Sequence record: OR567511.1
DNA: 64,000 nucleotides
Origin: Enterobacter phage vB_Ent31
Strand: one strand, 5' to 3'
In this document: positions 19,903 through 28,613 of the stretch, piece after piece
Layout of the letters: each line of letters opens with the position of its first letter
How positions within the stretch are numbered: the first letter of the stretch is position 1
The notes under the pieces: model-generated
Database searches by the model: none
What the model saw: the letters and a program-made list of their open reading frames with translations, nothing else
What the model was told of the DNA's origin: nothing
Program-made: the position numbers and the translations under genes

Positions 19903-21353
19903 AGACCAGTAACCTCATGGAAATCGCCCCAAATATCAGCGAACGTATTTGCTACATCTTTATCACGACGCATTTTAATCGCAATAGGCAAGAACAGTTT
20001 GACATAATCCGTCCGGCCTTCAGCAGCTAACCAGCCATTACATTCGGATTCAAGAATACCACCGATGTATTCATTTTTATTGAGCCAAATGCGAGTACGG
20101 TCTAACTCGTGCCAATCTGAAATTTTGTCTTTAAGACCTGAACCAGCTTTAACTTTAATCAGACCACATTCTGATTCAAGATAAAAACCACCGGCTTTGC
20201 CTGGTTGTTTACTATGCTCATAGATATCAACAATGCGAAGGTCAATCGTAATAACTTCTTTGAACTTATAAAGGTTTTTAGAACGAGTGTTTTCCCAGAA
20301 AGCACCAATGTTCTTCAGGATAATACCTTCAAGACCTTCATCAACATATTTGCGATAAATGACCTTGGCTTCATCAAGATTATGAACGATGTGGTTCTCA
20401 ATCAGAATCATCTGAGAGTAACCTTTAACCATCAGTTCTAATGCACGGAAGCGAACATCATACGCAAATCCAGATTCTTTACCTTCGGAATAAACAACAT
20501 CCAACGGAACGTAATCCCATACCTGGAATTTCATACCAGCAGCTTCTTTAGCTGAGATAGTTCCTTTCAGAGATTTATTGGCCAACCCGTTTGACATTGT
20601 ACGGGATTCTTCTTTGAATTCCTTAGCTTTACTCAGCTCGGGTAAATCACCGAAGATATCGTCCAATGGACCAGCTGGGAGAGTGCTTGCATGATAGACG
20701 AGTTCACCATCAATCATTACACCGCCAGGATGACGTTCACGAGCTTCTTTGGTCATTTCAATGAGTTGTTGTTTTAACAAATCAAGACCAAGATACTCGT
20801 TACCCGCTCGGGACAGAATTTTTACATCATCTAATTCATCGCCACGAACTTCAGCAAATGCTCGGGCACCATCAGCCTTAAGCTGTGCAAATGCAGGGAA
20901 CTTAATGTTCTTTTCAATACCTTTTTCATCATAAGATGAAGCAAGCATCTGTGGCTGTTCAGGAATTAGATTTTTCCATACTTTATTCGCAATACTACGG
21001 GATGCGCCACAGCGCAAATCACGAAGCAGAACTTTCTTAAGTACTTCTACATCAGCTTCATTTAGGTCTGCAATATAACTTGCCAATTCAGCAATAGCAG
21101 CGTTGCCTGTAATTTCACGAGCAGCTAATTTAAATTCCAAGAAATCTAAAGCATCATCTAATTTTAATAGACCAAAGCTTTGAGTGCGTTCTCCGGCTTC
21201 TGGCCATTTCTTGATGTAATACTGGAGCTTACCATCATAAGTCATTCTGAATACTCGCTTCAAAAGCTCATTATCTTTATGACGACGAATGATAGCTTCT
21301 TTTTCTTTTGTAGAGCCGATTGAAGCAAGTTCATTGATAATATCTAAAATCAT
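19899..21353 (-). CDS. 30: DNA ligase gp30 (ATP-dependent)
   Basis: Near-identical to T4 DNA ligase (ILDIINELASIGSTKEK… KADGAR adenylation lysine motif … ECNGWL… DFHEVTGL); ATG 21353 with GAGGTGA RBS. Confidence 0.93.
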   Translation of the reverse strand: MILDIINELASIGSTKEKEAIIRRHKDNELLKRVFRMTYDGKLQYYIKKWPEAGERTQSFGLLKLDDALDFLEFKLAAREITGNAAIAELASYIADLNEADVEVLKKVLLRDLRCGASRSIANKVWKNLIPEQPQMLASSYDEKGIEKNIKFPAFAQLKADGARAFAEVRGDELDDVKILSRAGNEYLGLDLLKQQLIEMTKEARERHPGGVMIDGELVYHASTLPAGPLDDIFGDLPELSKAKEFKEESRTMSNGLANKSLKGTISAKEAAGMKFQVWDYVPLDVVYSEGKESGFAYDVRFRALELMVKGYSQMILIENHIVHNLDEAKVIYRKYVDEGLEGIILKNIGAFWENTRSKNLYKFKEVITIDLRIVDIYEHSKQPGKAGGFYLESECGLIKVKAGSGLKDKISDWHELDRTRIWLNKNEYIGGILESECNGWLAAEGRTDYVKLFLPIAIKMRRDKDVANTFADIWGDFHEVTGL

Positions 21354-21411
21354 ATTCACCTCGTTTATTTTCCCGAGCGGGTATGACAATTATATCATAC
21401 CCTTTGTAAAG

Positions 21412-21642
21412 CTATTGACCATGATACTCACGAATGAGTTCAGCCAAAGTTCGGTGGTAAAGTACTCCACCATTTTTACGAGTAATGTAGATTGCGCCAT
21501 TGAACATTGCATCAATCATTTCACGTTGCTTTTGATTATCAGCATGAATGTTGCGCGCCTTGAAGAACTCTTCTTTGTTTGCGAAACTTTCCAAACGCTT
21601 AGTTGTGTCTGTTTGCGGGAACCATTCAATTACGTTAATCAT
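21412..21642 (-). CDS. hypothetical protein (30.1 position)
   Basis: 76 aa ORF, stop-start overlap with next ORF. Confidence 0.45.
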   Translation of the reverse strand: MINVIEWFPQTDTTKRLESFANKEEFFKARNIHADNQKQREMIDAMFNGAIYITRKNGGVLYHRTLAELIREYHGQ

Positions 21643-22508
21643 GCTTTACCTATAGTAGTTTTAGCTGTAGGCTGACGATTCAGATATTCGATACCTGTCC
21701 CAATTCCGTATCCTACACCTGGATTGTAAACAGGAAGATTACCTGGATGCTCATACCACGGCTTATAATCAGAAGGACCTGGATTTACCCATTTCTTTGG
21801 AAATTCTGGAAACTTATCAAATGGCCAATTCGGAGTAGTCTTTTCAACCTTTTTGAATAAGTCGCTCAGCTTATCACCAAGGCTTTCCTGGAATTCGCGC
21901 TGATTCATCAGACGCTGAACATGTTCCCAGTTATGCACCTTTTCTCCATATTTAGAGGAGGTGTCTCGCTGACCACGAGGCATAAACATGCAATTGACTT
22001 CACCGCCAAAGACTTCATAAGCTGAATCTACATGATGAGGAAGGTCATCAATATAAGCAACAACTCTGTCGCCATATTTTTCTTTGATTTTCTCAAAGAG
22101 TTTAGTCTTTGGTTCTGCGTGGTCACAGATGAAAGTTTCAAGGAAAGCACCTGGGAACAGAGCATTCAAATTGAATTGACGATTCAGTTTAGCATCAACA
22201 GAAGTACCAAGCGCAGTAACCGCAACGAAGTCATACTTATCTTTCAGAGCATTGACAACCTTCAGAGCATCGTCGTATGCTGCCAGATAGCGAATGAAAT
22301 CTGAGCAATTATATTTGACCATTAGCTGTTGAGCAAATTCTTCGTCTACACCAAACAAGTCTTTTGGAGCAACGAATTGGTCGTCAATAATCATTTCAAG
22401 AATGTGATGAACAGGCAGATTGTACTTCTGAGCGAAGTAAGGCAAGCCTGATTGCCACTTTACTAATACACCATCTACATCAGTAGAGATAATTGGTTTA
22501 TTTGACAT
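21639..22508 (-). CDS. HAD-superfamily hydrolase-like protein (5'(3')-deoxyribonucleotidase-like; 30.2 position)
   Basis: 289 aa; N-terminal IISTDVDGVLVKW = HAD motif I (DxDGV); C-terminal Pro/Trp-rich tail. Confidence 0.5.
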   Translation of the reverse strand: MSNKPIISTDVDGVLVKWQSGLPYFAQKYNLPVHHILEMIIDDQFVAPKDLFGVDEEFAQQLMVKYNCSDFIRYLAAYDDALKVVNALKDKYDFVAVTALGTSVDAKLNRQFNLNALFPGAFLETFICDHAEPKTKLFEKIKEKYGDRVVAYIDDLPHHVDSAYEVFGGEVNCMFMPRGQRDTSSKYGEKVHNWEHVQRLMNQREFQESLGDKLSDLFKKVEKTTPNWPFDKFPEFPKKWVNPGPSDYKPWYEHPGNLPVYNPGVGYGIGTGIEYLNRQPTAKTTIGKA

Positions 22509-22674
22509 TTTTAGCCTTCATTTTAGCAATCATGTAAGCCGCGATACAAGATTTACCCGGCAGTGATGGTTGTCCAACTCCACTTAATAGAGTAGTTAAC
22601 TCTCCTACTTTAATACCGCCTTGATTTAAGCGTTTTAAAACATCAAGACCTTTCATATCATATTTGACTTGCAT
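22498..22674 (-). CDS. small hypothetical ORF (58 aa; not in supplied track)
   Basis: ATG-initiated ORF MQVKYDMKGLDVLKRLNQGG… filling gap between 22508 and 22653; overlaps neighbours. Confidence 0.3.
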   Translation of the reverse strand: MQVKYDMKGLDVLKRLNQGGIKVGELTTLLSGVGQPSLPGKSCIAAYMIAKMKAKNVK

Positions 22675-22874
22675 AACATTTTCTCAAAGGTTGCGATACT
22701 GTTAGCTGGGCCACTTAGAGTTATCTCTATGAACCCAGGCTGACTTGAAGGACCAATTCTGTATATACATATGGCTAATGTTCTTGCGTATTCCAGAAGG
22801 TCCTTCGTTAACCCTCTTACATTAAACTGTTTCATAGACTTCGTCATTAGCAGCTTTAAGAGGTTCAATTTCAC
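22653..22874 (-). CDS. hypothetical 73-aa protein
   Basis: ORF only; overlaps 22822..23025 in another frame so one of the pair may be spurious. Confidence 0.3.
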   Translation of the reverse strand: MKLNLLKLLMTKSMKQFNVRGLTKDLLEYARTLAICIYRIGPSSQPGFIEITLSGPANSIATFEKMLCKSNMI

Positions 22875-23025
22875 ATTCTAATCGAATATCAGTATTCCCA
22901 TCAACCCATTGTACTTCATAAGCAGGTTGAACACCATATTCTGGGATTGCTTTGGCAGTATCACAGATGACTCCCGGAATACCGCCTTTTCGCATCTGCA
23001 CGGGTTGTAAAATGTGGTACTTCAT
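22822..23025 (-). CDS. hypothetical 67-aa protein
   Basis: ORF only. Confidence 0.3.
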   Translation of the reverse strand: MKYHILQPVQMRKGGIPGVICDTAKAIPEYGVQPAYEVQWVDGNTDIRLECEIEPLKAANDEVYETV

Positions 23026-23188
23026 CCAGCCACCGCATAAGTTGGAATTTGATGAAAGAAGTCAGGGCATTCAAGCTGGTATTTGACTTCTGTATCAGAA
23101 ACAGTTACACCAAGTACTTCAATCATTGGATTGCTCAACATGCCGCGTTCAAATTCAGGTGCTTTATTACGAGGAATAGTGATAATCA

Positions 23189-23659
23189 TTACAGAGTCTC
23201 CAATACAGTTTTAACTTTAGCTTCAGCAACTTGTTTAACAACCAGAACACGAACGCCTTCAACTGCATTACGAATTTGCTTTTGAGCTTTTTCGTTAGCT
23301 TCCTCTTCAGTGTAAGGACCAACGCAGAAAGGCTGTTGCGAGCGATTAGTTGGAATAGTCATCATCCAGAAATCTTTTGCATCAGACTCTGTTGGTTTAA
23401 CTTCTTCAAGGTACCGTGAAATCTCTTGAGACATAATGATACACCATACTGTGTCAAATGAACCCAATCCAGACTGATGAAGAGAACCGTTAATATCAAT
23501 AGCTGTTATGCAACCGTCTTTATCAAGAGATTTTACAACGAACGGAATTTTTCCGTTGTCAGTAAGTTTAAGAATTGCATCACCAAAGCACGACTGACGA
23601 GAAGCATAATCTTTGATAGCAGTTCCAGTTAACTTGAAAGTTTTTCCAATTATACTCAT
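23189..23659 (-). CDS. hypothetical protein (~156 aa)
   Basis: ORF 23189..23731 trimmed to ATG 23659 with GAGGAA RBS; GGGCCCGAAGGCCC hairpin upstream. Confidence 0.45.
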   Translation of the reverse strand: MSIIGKTFKLTGTAIKDYASRQSCFGDAILKLTDNGKIPFVVKSLDKDGCITAIDINGSLHQSGLGSFDTVWCIIMSQEISRYLEEVKPTESDAKDFWMMTIPTNRSQQPFCVGPYTEEEANEKAQKQIRNAVEGVRVLVVKQVAEAKVKTVLETL

Positions 23660-23697
23660 AAATATTTCCTCAAGTGAAGGGCCCGAAGGCCCTAAAT

Positions 23698-24063
23698 TTA
23701 GATTACGAATTCGTTTGAAACGATATCCCAAATTGCTTCACGCTGTTCTTCAGTTGTTTTCTGACCAAGAACATGACGCAGATAAAGTTTAACCAGAAGT
23801 TTGCGATTGTCTCCGTTCCAAGAAGGATGAGTTCCTAAATCGCGTTTACGGTGGTCATCATGAAAACCAACAGAAATGACTGAACCTTTGAGTTTAACAT
23901 CTAAAGTTGGGCCATTTTCAAAACTGATGAAGACGTAGTTATCTTCCCAGTACATATCGATTTGAGCAACTGTGCCATTTTTATGTTCCCAGAGTAAAGT
24001 TGTTGAAACGTCCCATGCATTATCTTGAACGTATTTCTTTTTGAAGTTAGCGTAATCCATTTT
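23698..24063 (-). CDS. hypothetical protein (~121 aa)
   Basis: trimmed to MDYANFKK start with GGAGAA RBS; early promoter copy 2 upstream. Confidence 0.45.
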   Translation of the reverse strand, partial: KMDYANFKKKYVQDNAWDVSTTLLWEHKNGTVAQIDMYWEDNYVFISFENGPTLDVKLKGSVISVGFHDDHRKRDLGTHPSWNGDNRKLLVKLYLRHVLGQKTTEEQREAIWDIVSNEFVI

Positions 24064-24096
24064 GTTCTCCGTTGTATCTGTTTGTTTATTGAGTTT

Positions 24097-24134
24097 ATAT
24101 ACTAACACATACAACGGAGGATGTAAACGGTTTA
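24097..24134 (-). promoter_or_regulatory. early promoter cassette, copy 2
   Basis: GATGTAAACGGTTTAG on plus = CTAAACCGTTTACATC on minus, -10 GTTAGTATATA. Confidence 0.6.
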
Positions 24135-24653
24135 GTTCACTTCTGTGAAAATTGTTTGAGGAACGTACTCGGTTTTGGCAGTTGCAATCATCTTCATAAT
24201 GATAGCTTTACCTTCAATGTTTTTACGCAAGAACGACTTGCACGCATCATGAGCTTCTTCGGACGTCATAAGAATAGCTATGGAACGCTCGTCCCCTACT
24301 TGGTCCAGATTCAACCAAACGTTTTCTTTCTTAGTCTGGCCTAAAGCTACATACATCACTTCAACGGTCTTTTCTTCAACCTCAACCAGGAAATTTCTGA
24401 CTTCAGTGCCGGTGAACCAAGGACATGAATCACCATTCATACCGTCAATTTCAGCACCTTTTGGGCTTATCCAGCTTTCATTTTCAAATCGGATAAGACC
24501 TACAGAACCACTTGCAATAGCTTCGCCTTTTGCAATGTAAAAAGACTTATCACCGATATACTCAGCAATAAGCTGATTCACTCTCTGATTACAGCCTTCG
24601 GTGGATTTTAAAAAGCCTTCTTTTTCTAAGCGGTACAGAACATCACTTTTCAT
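24132..24653 (-). CDS. hypothetical protein (173 aa)
   Basis: ORF with hairpin AGGCCCGAAGGCCT upstream. Confidence 0.45.
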   Translation of the reverse strand: MKSDVLYRLEKEGFLKSTEGCNQRVNQLIAEYIGDKSFYIAKGEAIASGSVGLIRFENESWISPKGAEIDGMNGDSCPWFTGTEVRNFLVEVEEKTVEVMYVALGQTKKENVWLNLDQVGDERSIAILMTSEEAHDACKSFLRKNIEGKAIIMKMIATAKTEYVPQTIFTEVN

Positions 24654-24677
24654 AGTTTCCTCATAAGGCCCGAAGGC

Positions 24678-25052
24678 CTAGAACATTTTACGTTCGGTCC
24701 AGTTATCAAGATTAACTGTACCAGTTTTCTTCATTTTTTCAATCAAGTTATCTGCACGAGTGCGTCCATTTTCATACCACACTACATCTTCAGAATAACC
24801 ATCTTCGTCTTCATAAGTTTCAGAACGAATATGACCATGAATGCTTGTTTTCAAAACGTATTCAGTGCCGGTGAACCAATTAGTCAGAATAATGTACCAG
24901 CAGAAATCAGTAGATGGACCTTCAGGAGTCATGCAGTGAACTACATCTCCTTGCCATGAAGACAGATGCCACATTGGCTCTTCTACTTCAATTGCTTTAT
25001 ATCCGTCATGGTCTTTCGTTTTGATTTTAGCGTTCAGATTAATTGTGTTCAT
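24678..25052 (-). CDS. hypothetical protein (~124 aa)
   Basis: trimmed to MNTINL start with GGAG RBS; early promoter copy 3 upstream. Confidence 0.45.
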   Translation of the reverse strand: MNTINLNAKIKTKDHDGYKAIEVEEPMWHLSSWQGDVVHCMTPEGPSTDFCWYIILTNWFTGTEYVLKTSIHGHIRSETYEDEDGYSEDVVWYENGRTRADNLIEKMKKTGTVNLDNWTERKMF

Positions 25053-25086
25053 TTTATTCTCCGTTACCATATTGGTTATTGAGATT

Positions 25087-25124
25087 CTATCATAACACAA
25101 CTTTTGGCAGATGTAAACGGTTAG
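25087..25124 (-). promoter_or_regulatory. early promoter cassette, copy 3
   Basis: same consensus (…GATGTAAACGGTTAG). Confidence 0.6.
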
Positions 25125-25342
25125 AGTTTTTCGCAACTATGGTATTCAGCATCTGCCCAAATGCCGAATGCCGGTAATGATTCTAGCATTGAGTTTCCAA
25201 CTTCAATTGGGTCTTCCCATGGCCAAAGTGTAGCAATCTTTTCATAGAAAAAGATTGAATCCATATGTGAATATTCTGCTGGGTATTCTGATGTAACTTT
25301 GAAAATAAATTTACGTTTAAACATATGAACCTCTGGATACAA
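25121..25342 (-). CDS. hypothetical 73-aa protein
   Basis: ORF only. Confidence 0.4.
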   Translation of the reverse strand: MYPEVHMFKRKFIFKVTSEYPAEYSHMDSIFFYEKIATLWPWEDPIEVGNSMLESLPAFGIWADAEYHSCEKL

Positions 25343-25366
25343 AAAAGGGACTCCCGAAGGAGTCCC
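25341..25366 (-). terminator. intrinsic terminator
   Basis: GGGACTCCCGAAGGAGTCCC + U6 on minus strand. Confidence 0.6.
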
Positions 25367-25377
25367 GAACTTATGCT

Positions 25378-25557
25378 TTATGCTTTCTTACGTGGATTAC
25401 CAAATGCAGCATCATGAGCAATAACTTTGCGAGCGCGAGATGCTAGCTGGTCAGCCAATGGATTAATACGAGAGTTAGACCCACGCTTGTAGCCAGCGCG
25501 TTTAGAGGTACCAACAACTTCTTTTACTGCAGTTTTTGCTTTAGTTTGTTTAGCCAT
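25378..25557 (-). CDS. small highly basic Lys/Arg-rich protein (59 aa)
   Basis: MAKQTKAKTAVKEVVGTSKRAGYKRGSNSRINPLADQLASRARKVIAHDAAFGNPRKKA; followed by GGGACTCCCGAAGGAGTCCC-U-run terminator. Confidence 0.4.
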   Translation of the reverse strand: MAKQTKAKTAVKEVVGTSKRAGYKRGSNSRINPLADQLASRARKVIAHDAAFGNPRKKA

Positions 25558-25874
25558 TTTTAGTCTTCCATTTTGGAGAAATACATGGGAGCACGTTCTT
25601 CCGAGTTTCAACTTCTTTCGACAGTTCTTTCGGTTGTAGCTCCCGCAAGCCCTCAAAGGGTACTTTGTGAGTTTTGTATATTTAACGTTCCGGTTCTCAC
25701 AACCTTAACTACATACGCTCTTATCTGTTGCACACCGTTAGCTTTAAGGGTCCGGGTCTGATTACTCAGGGATAAGATATACACTGATGGATGTATAGGC
25801 CTTGAGGCGTACTCCCGATTAGCCATCACCTCGGGGTAGCATGCACTTGCCGCTTAACTTGCCTTACGGCAACA
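25558..25874 (-). other. GC-rich, hairpin-rich ~317-nt non-coding interval between rIII and next ORF (candidate structured RNA/regulatory region)
   Basis: no ORF >60 aa on coding strand; visibly higher GC than flanks; multiple short hairpins including two with GUAA tetraloops and CGAAAGAA direct repeat. Confidence 0.3.
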
Positions 25875-26123
25875 TTACTTCAAGGTCACTACGAAATGAC
25901 GAACCGCTTTACGAGCTGCTGAACACAGAGGTTTAGCAAACTTCAGCTCATCTTTCAGAGCAAGTACATCGCGGAGGTCTGCCTGAACAGGATTCAGATG
26001 TTTGAAACCTTTCAGAACTTCCAGTGCTTCGGCGTAAACGTCGATTGATGCACCGTAGTTATCGTGACCTGCATTCCAGGAGTTGCGCTGCAGATGCAGA
26101 GCGTGTTCAAGTTGTTTGTTCAT
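25875..26123 (-). CDS. rIII: rIII lysis-inhibition accessory protein
   Basis: 82 aa from MNKQ start (T4 rIII is 82 aa); motif NSWNAGHDNYG…YAEALE…FKHLN; position between 31 and 30.x block; TATAAATA upstream. Confidence 0.7.
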   Translation of the reverse strand: MNKQLEHALHLQRNSWNAGHDNYGASIDVYAEALEVLKGFKHLNPVQADLRDVLALKDELKFAKPLCSAARKAVRHFVVTLK

Positions 26124-26255
26124 TGACATTATGTCATTCCTCAAATGAGGTTAAAAATTTGATGCAGAGCCCAAACTCATTAAAGATGAGATGCATCGCT
26201 TAGAAGAAAACATGTCATGTCCTTTTGGAGGTAGTTCTCATGTTCTTCACAATTT

Positions 26256-26263
26256 TATTTATA
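26256..26263 (-). promoter_or_regulatory. late promoter TATAAATA upstream of rIII
   Basis: exact TATAAATA on minus strand just after gene 31 stop. Confidence 0.45.
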
Positions 26264-26587
26264 TCACCCGTAGATGCACGGAATTGACTTCCAATGACAA
26301 GTAACAAATTTCTGTGCAATTTCTTTTGGTTTTTTCATACCAGCAGCGACAAGCGGATGAGGTACATTACGAATCTGACCAGTTGGCAGCGGCACTAACA
26401 TACCGACTTCGAAAATACCTTCAGGAACATCCGCACCGATTGAATAGATTTCACACATATCAGGGATTTGTCCGGTTTCTTGTTTGCCGATAACAATACC
26501 GCCAGAAGAAACGATTTCATCACCTTGCTGAGGAGGTTCAGAAACCAAGATAACATGTTCGCCGATAGCTTTAATTGGTAAATCCAT
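26264..26587 (-). CDS. 31: gp31 co-chaperonin (GroES-like) for capsid folding
   Basis: matches T4 gp31 (…IRAVGEYVILVSEP.Q.GDE…IRNVPHP.VA.G.K.PKEI.QKFVTCH.K.IPC.Y). Confidence 0.9.
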   Translation of the reverse strand: MDLPIKAIGEHVILVSEPPQQGDEIVSSGGIVIGKQETGQIPDMCEIYSIGADVPEGIFEVGMLVPLPTGQIRNVPHPLVAAGMKKPKEIAQKFVTCHWKSIPCIYG

Positions 26588-26604
26588 TGTTACACCTTGT
26601 TGTT

Positions 26605-26640
26605 TGAGCATGAAATAATATTATCATGCTCATATTTAAG
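26605..26640 (-). promoter_or_regulatory. candidate middle promoter of gene 31 with 9-bp inverted repeat over -10 region
   Basis: minus: tTGCTTAAAtatgagcatgaTAATATtatttcatgctca; TGAGCATGA/TCATGCTCA palindrome 26605-26632. Confidence 0.4.
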
Positions 26641-26643
26641 CAA

Positions 26644-27000
26644 TTAACCTTTAACCTGAACCAGTTTCAGCAGATGCTCTACTTTAACACCATTTACTGA
26701 AACGATAGAATCTAGTTTGAATGAACGCCATGCGTGTTTTTCAGTGTCCCACACTGGAATAGCTTCAGTAGATTCTTTACGAGACACCTGAGAGCCAACG
26801 CTTTCAACCAAGTCACTTGGAATGATGTCATGGTCACGAGTACAACGCAGAGAACGGATAGTACCGTCTACTTTCTCAAATACTACTTGAGATTCGCCAC
26901 GAGCCAGAATTGGTTTCAGAGTATCACGAATTTGTACTTTTTCAGCTTCAGTCAGTTTAGTTTTCTTAGTCATTTTCAACACCACAGTAGTTTTCAACAT
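26644..27000 (-). CDS. hypothetical protein (31.1 position)
   Basis: 118 aa ORF between 31 and cd. Confidence 0.45.
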   Translation of the reverse strand: MLKTTVVLKMTKKTKLTEAEKVQIRDTLKPILARGESQVVFEKVDGTIRSLRCTRDHDIIPSDLVESVGSQVSRKESTEAIPVWDTEKHAWRSFKLDSIVSVNGVKVEHLLKLVQVKG

Positions 27001-27532
27001 TATACCAATTGAGTTTGTTCAAGTTCGTCTTAGGAACATGATGAATCTCAATACCAGCATCGCGGAGGATATTATCCCAACCGTCGACATTTTTATCGTA
27101 TGTTTCACAATATACGAGTTTCTTAATTCCAGATTGAGCAATAGCTTTGGCGCAGTCTGGGCATGGTGAAAGTGTAACGTACATCGTAGCGCCTTCAATT
27201 GAAGAACCATTACGTGCTGCGAACAGAATAGCATTCAACTCAGCATGTATTTCGTTAATTTTCGACCATTCAGAATGTTCAGCTCGGAATTTAGTGTCTA
27301 ATCCATATTTTGGAATTGGACCATCTTGACGAAGACCAGTTCCGGGTTTCTTAACTAACCACCCTTTATCTTCGGCATGGTCGCAACAGTTAACTCCACC
27401 AGCAGGAGAACCATTATACCCGGTAGAAATGATACGACCATTTTTCTCAATAACTGCACCGACTTTCCAGGAGCAGCATTTCGATTCTTGGGAAATCAGA
27501 TAAGCGATTTGTAAGACGGTGCTAGCTTTCAT
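26966..27532 (-). CDS. cd: dCMP deaminase
   Basis: 188 aa; cytidine/dCMP deaminase zinc motifs (CCDHAE … PCPDCAKAI); close match to T4 Cd. Confidence 0.92.
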   Translation of the reverse strand: MKASTVLQIAYLISQESKCCSWKVGAVIEKNGRIISTGYNGSPAGGVNCCDHAEDKGWLVKKPGTGLRQDGPIPKYGLDTKFRAEHSEWSKINEIHAELNAILFAARNGSSIEGATMYVTLSPCPDCAKAIAQSGIKKLVYCETYDKNVDGWDNILRDAGIEIHHVPKTNLNKLNWYNVENYCGVEND

Positions 27533-27879
27533 TATTGAATCACCAAATAGTTTGAACGGTTGGTTTTAATCATTGTGATTTCAGTATGAAGAGGAATTAT
27601 CTCTTGTACCGTACCAGTGATTATAAACACCCCATCTTTAAAGCGTTTCTTTCCATCGAAGAAAACATCGCCATAAAAACGTTCACCAACGACAGGAGGT
27701 GTTTGGTCTTTAGAAGTGATAAGGATTCCATCATACTCGGCGCAAGAATTCACCAGACGGTCACACGCTAATACAGAACGAATGAATCCAACTCCATCTT
27801 CAGTGAATTGAGATTTATCACCACACGCATTGTAATGTTCTTTTCGGACACCATGAAAGATGTCAGTTAAATTCATCAA
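27532..27879 (-). CDS. hypothetical protein (cd.1 position)
   Basis: 115 aa ORF. Confidence 0.4.
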   Translation of the reverse strand: MMNLTDIFHGVRKEHYNACGDKSQFTEDGVGFIRSVLACDRLVNSCAEYDGILITSKDQTPPVVGERFYGDVFFDGKKRFKDGVFIITGTVQEIIPLHTEITMIKTNRSNYLVIQ

Positions 27880-28106
27880 ATTATATCACCTAATACGTTA
27901 GTCATTGTAACATGCCCATAACGGTCAAGAGTTAACAAAGCTGTTTGGTCCTTTCCATTATGAGTGATTGTAATTAAAGCTCCATTAGAAACGCGGTCAG
28001 GACGGAGCTGAACCTCAGCTCCTGGTACTTTATTTGCTAAAGCCTGCGCGAATTCTTTAAGCTTTTCCCGAAATTCAATTCGGCTAAAAGTTTTATCAGA
28101 AGTCAC
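27876..28106 (-). CDS. hypothetical protein (cd.2 position)
   Basis: 76 aa ORF, ATGA-type overlap. Confidence 0.4.
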   Translation of the reverse strand: MTSDKTFSRIEFREKLKEFAQALANKVPGAEVQLRPDRVSNGALITITHNGKDQTALLTLDRYGHVTMTNVLGDII

Positions 28107-28389
28107 TGTTGTCCCAGCTATAAATTACAGAGAAGAAAATAGGGTCATCTTTATCAACATCTAAACGGAAATCAAAAGTCATCGAATAGCTATTGAAAGA
28201 TGGCGTAACTTTAAATTTAATGCCTTTCCACAGAATTTGTAAAGCACCTACAATATCAGCATGAATTTGCGCATGTGTTGGTGCTGTTGCTGGAACAAAC
28301 AGAAAGTTATCTGCAACCTGAGCTACAACAACTTCAGCTACTTTACGAAAACTTGAAAGACCTGGACGTACTTCAGTATGAATTCCCAT
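28096..28389 (-). CDS. hypothetical protein (cd.3 position)
   Basis: 97 aa ORF. Confidence 0.4.
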   Translation of the reverse strand: MGIHTEVRPGLSSFRKVAEVVVAQVADNFLFVPATAPTHAQIHADIVGALQILWKGIKFKVTPSFNSYSMTFDFRLDVDKDDPIFFSVIYSWDNSDF

Positions 28390-28607
28390 TAGTGCACCGT
28401 ATGTACTTTAACGTTAACGACAAAGTGAGTAACAACCTCACCAATTGGAACGAACTCTACATAATACTCATCTTTGTATCGAGAGTTCATATCGGTGCGA
28501 ATTTGAGCAAGCTTATTGATGAGCTCAGGTGTCATATTCATACCGACGATTTCACGAAGAAGCTTGTAAGCCTCCTCTTTAACCTGTTCGTGTTTATTAT
28601 ACATCAT
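28389..28607 (-). CDS. hypothetical protein (cd.4 position)
   Basis: 72 aa ORF. Confidence 0.4.
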   Translation of the reverse strand: MMYNKHEQVKEEAYKLLREIVGMNMTPELINKLAQIRTDMNSRYKDEYYVEFVPIGEVVTHFVVNVKVHTVH

Positions 28608-28613
28608 TTCACC

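Noticed and set aside
21289-21675. 128-aa plus-strand ORF
   Set aside because: Lies antisense within gene 30, the 30.1 ORF and their promoter region. Low-complexity hydrophobic translation. No RBS.
25573-25761. 62-aa plus-strand ORF in the GC-rich gap
   Set aside because: Wrong strand relative to surrounding transcription, no RBS, and the region behaves as non-coding.
25558-25874. Possible tRNA in the GC-rich interval
   Set aside because: No cloverleaf. No GTTCRANYC T-loop with paired acceptor stem on either strand.
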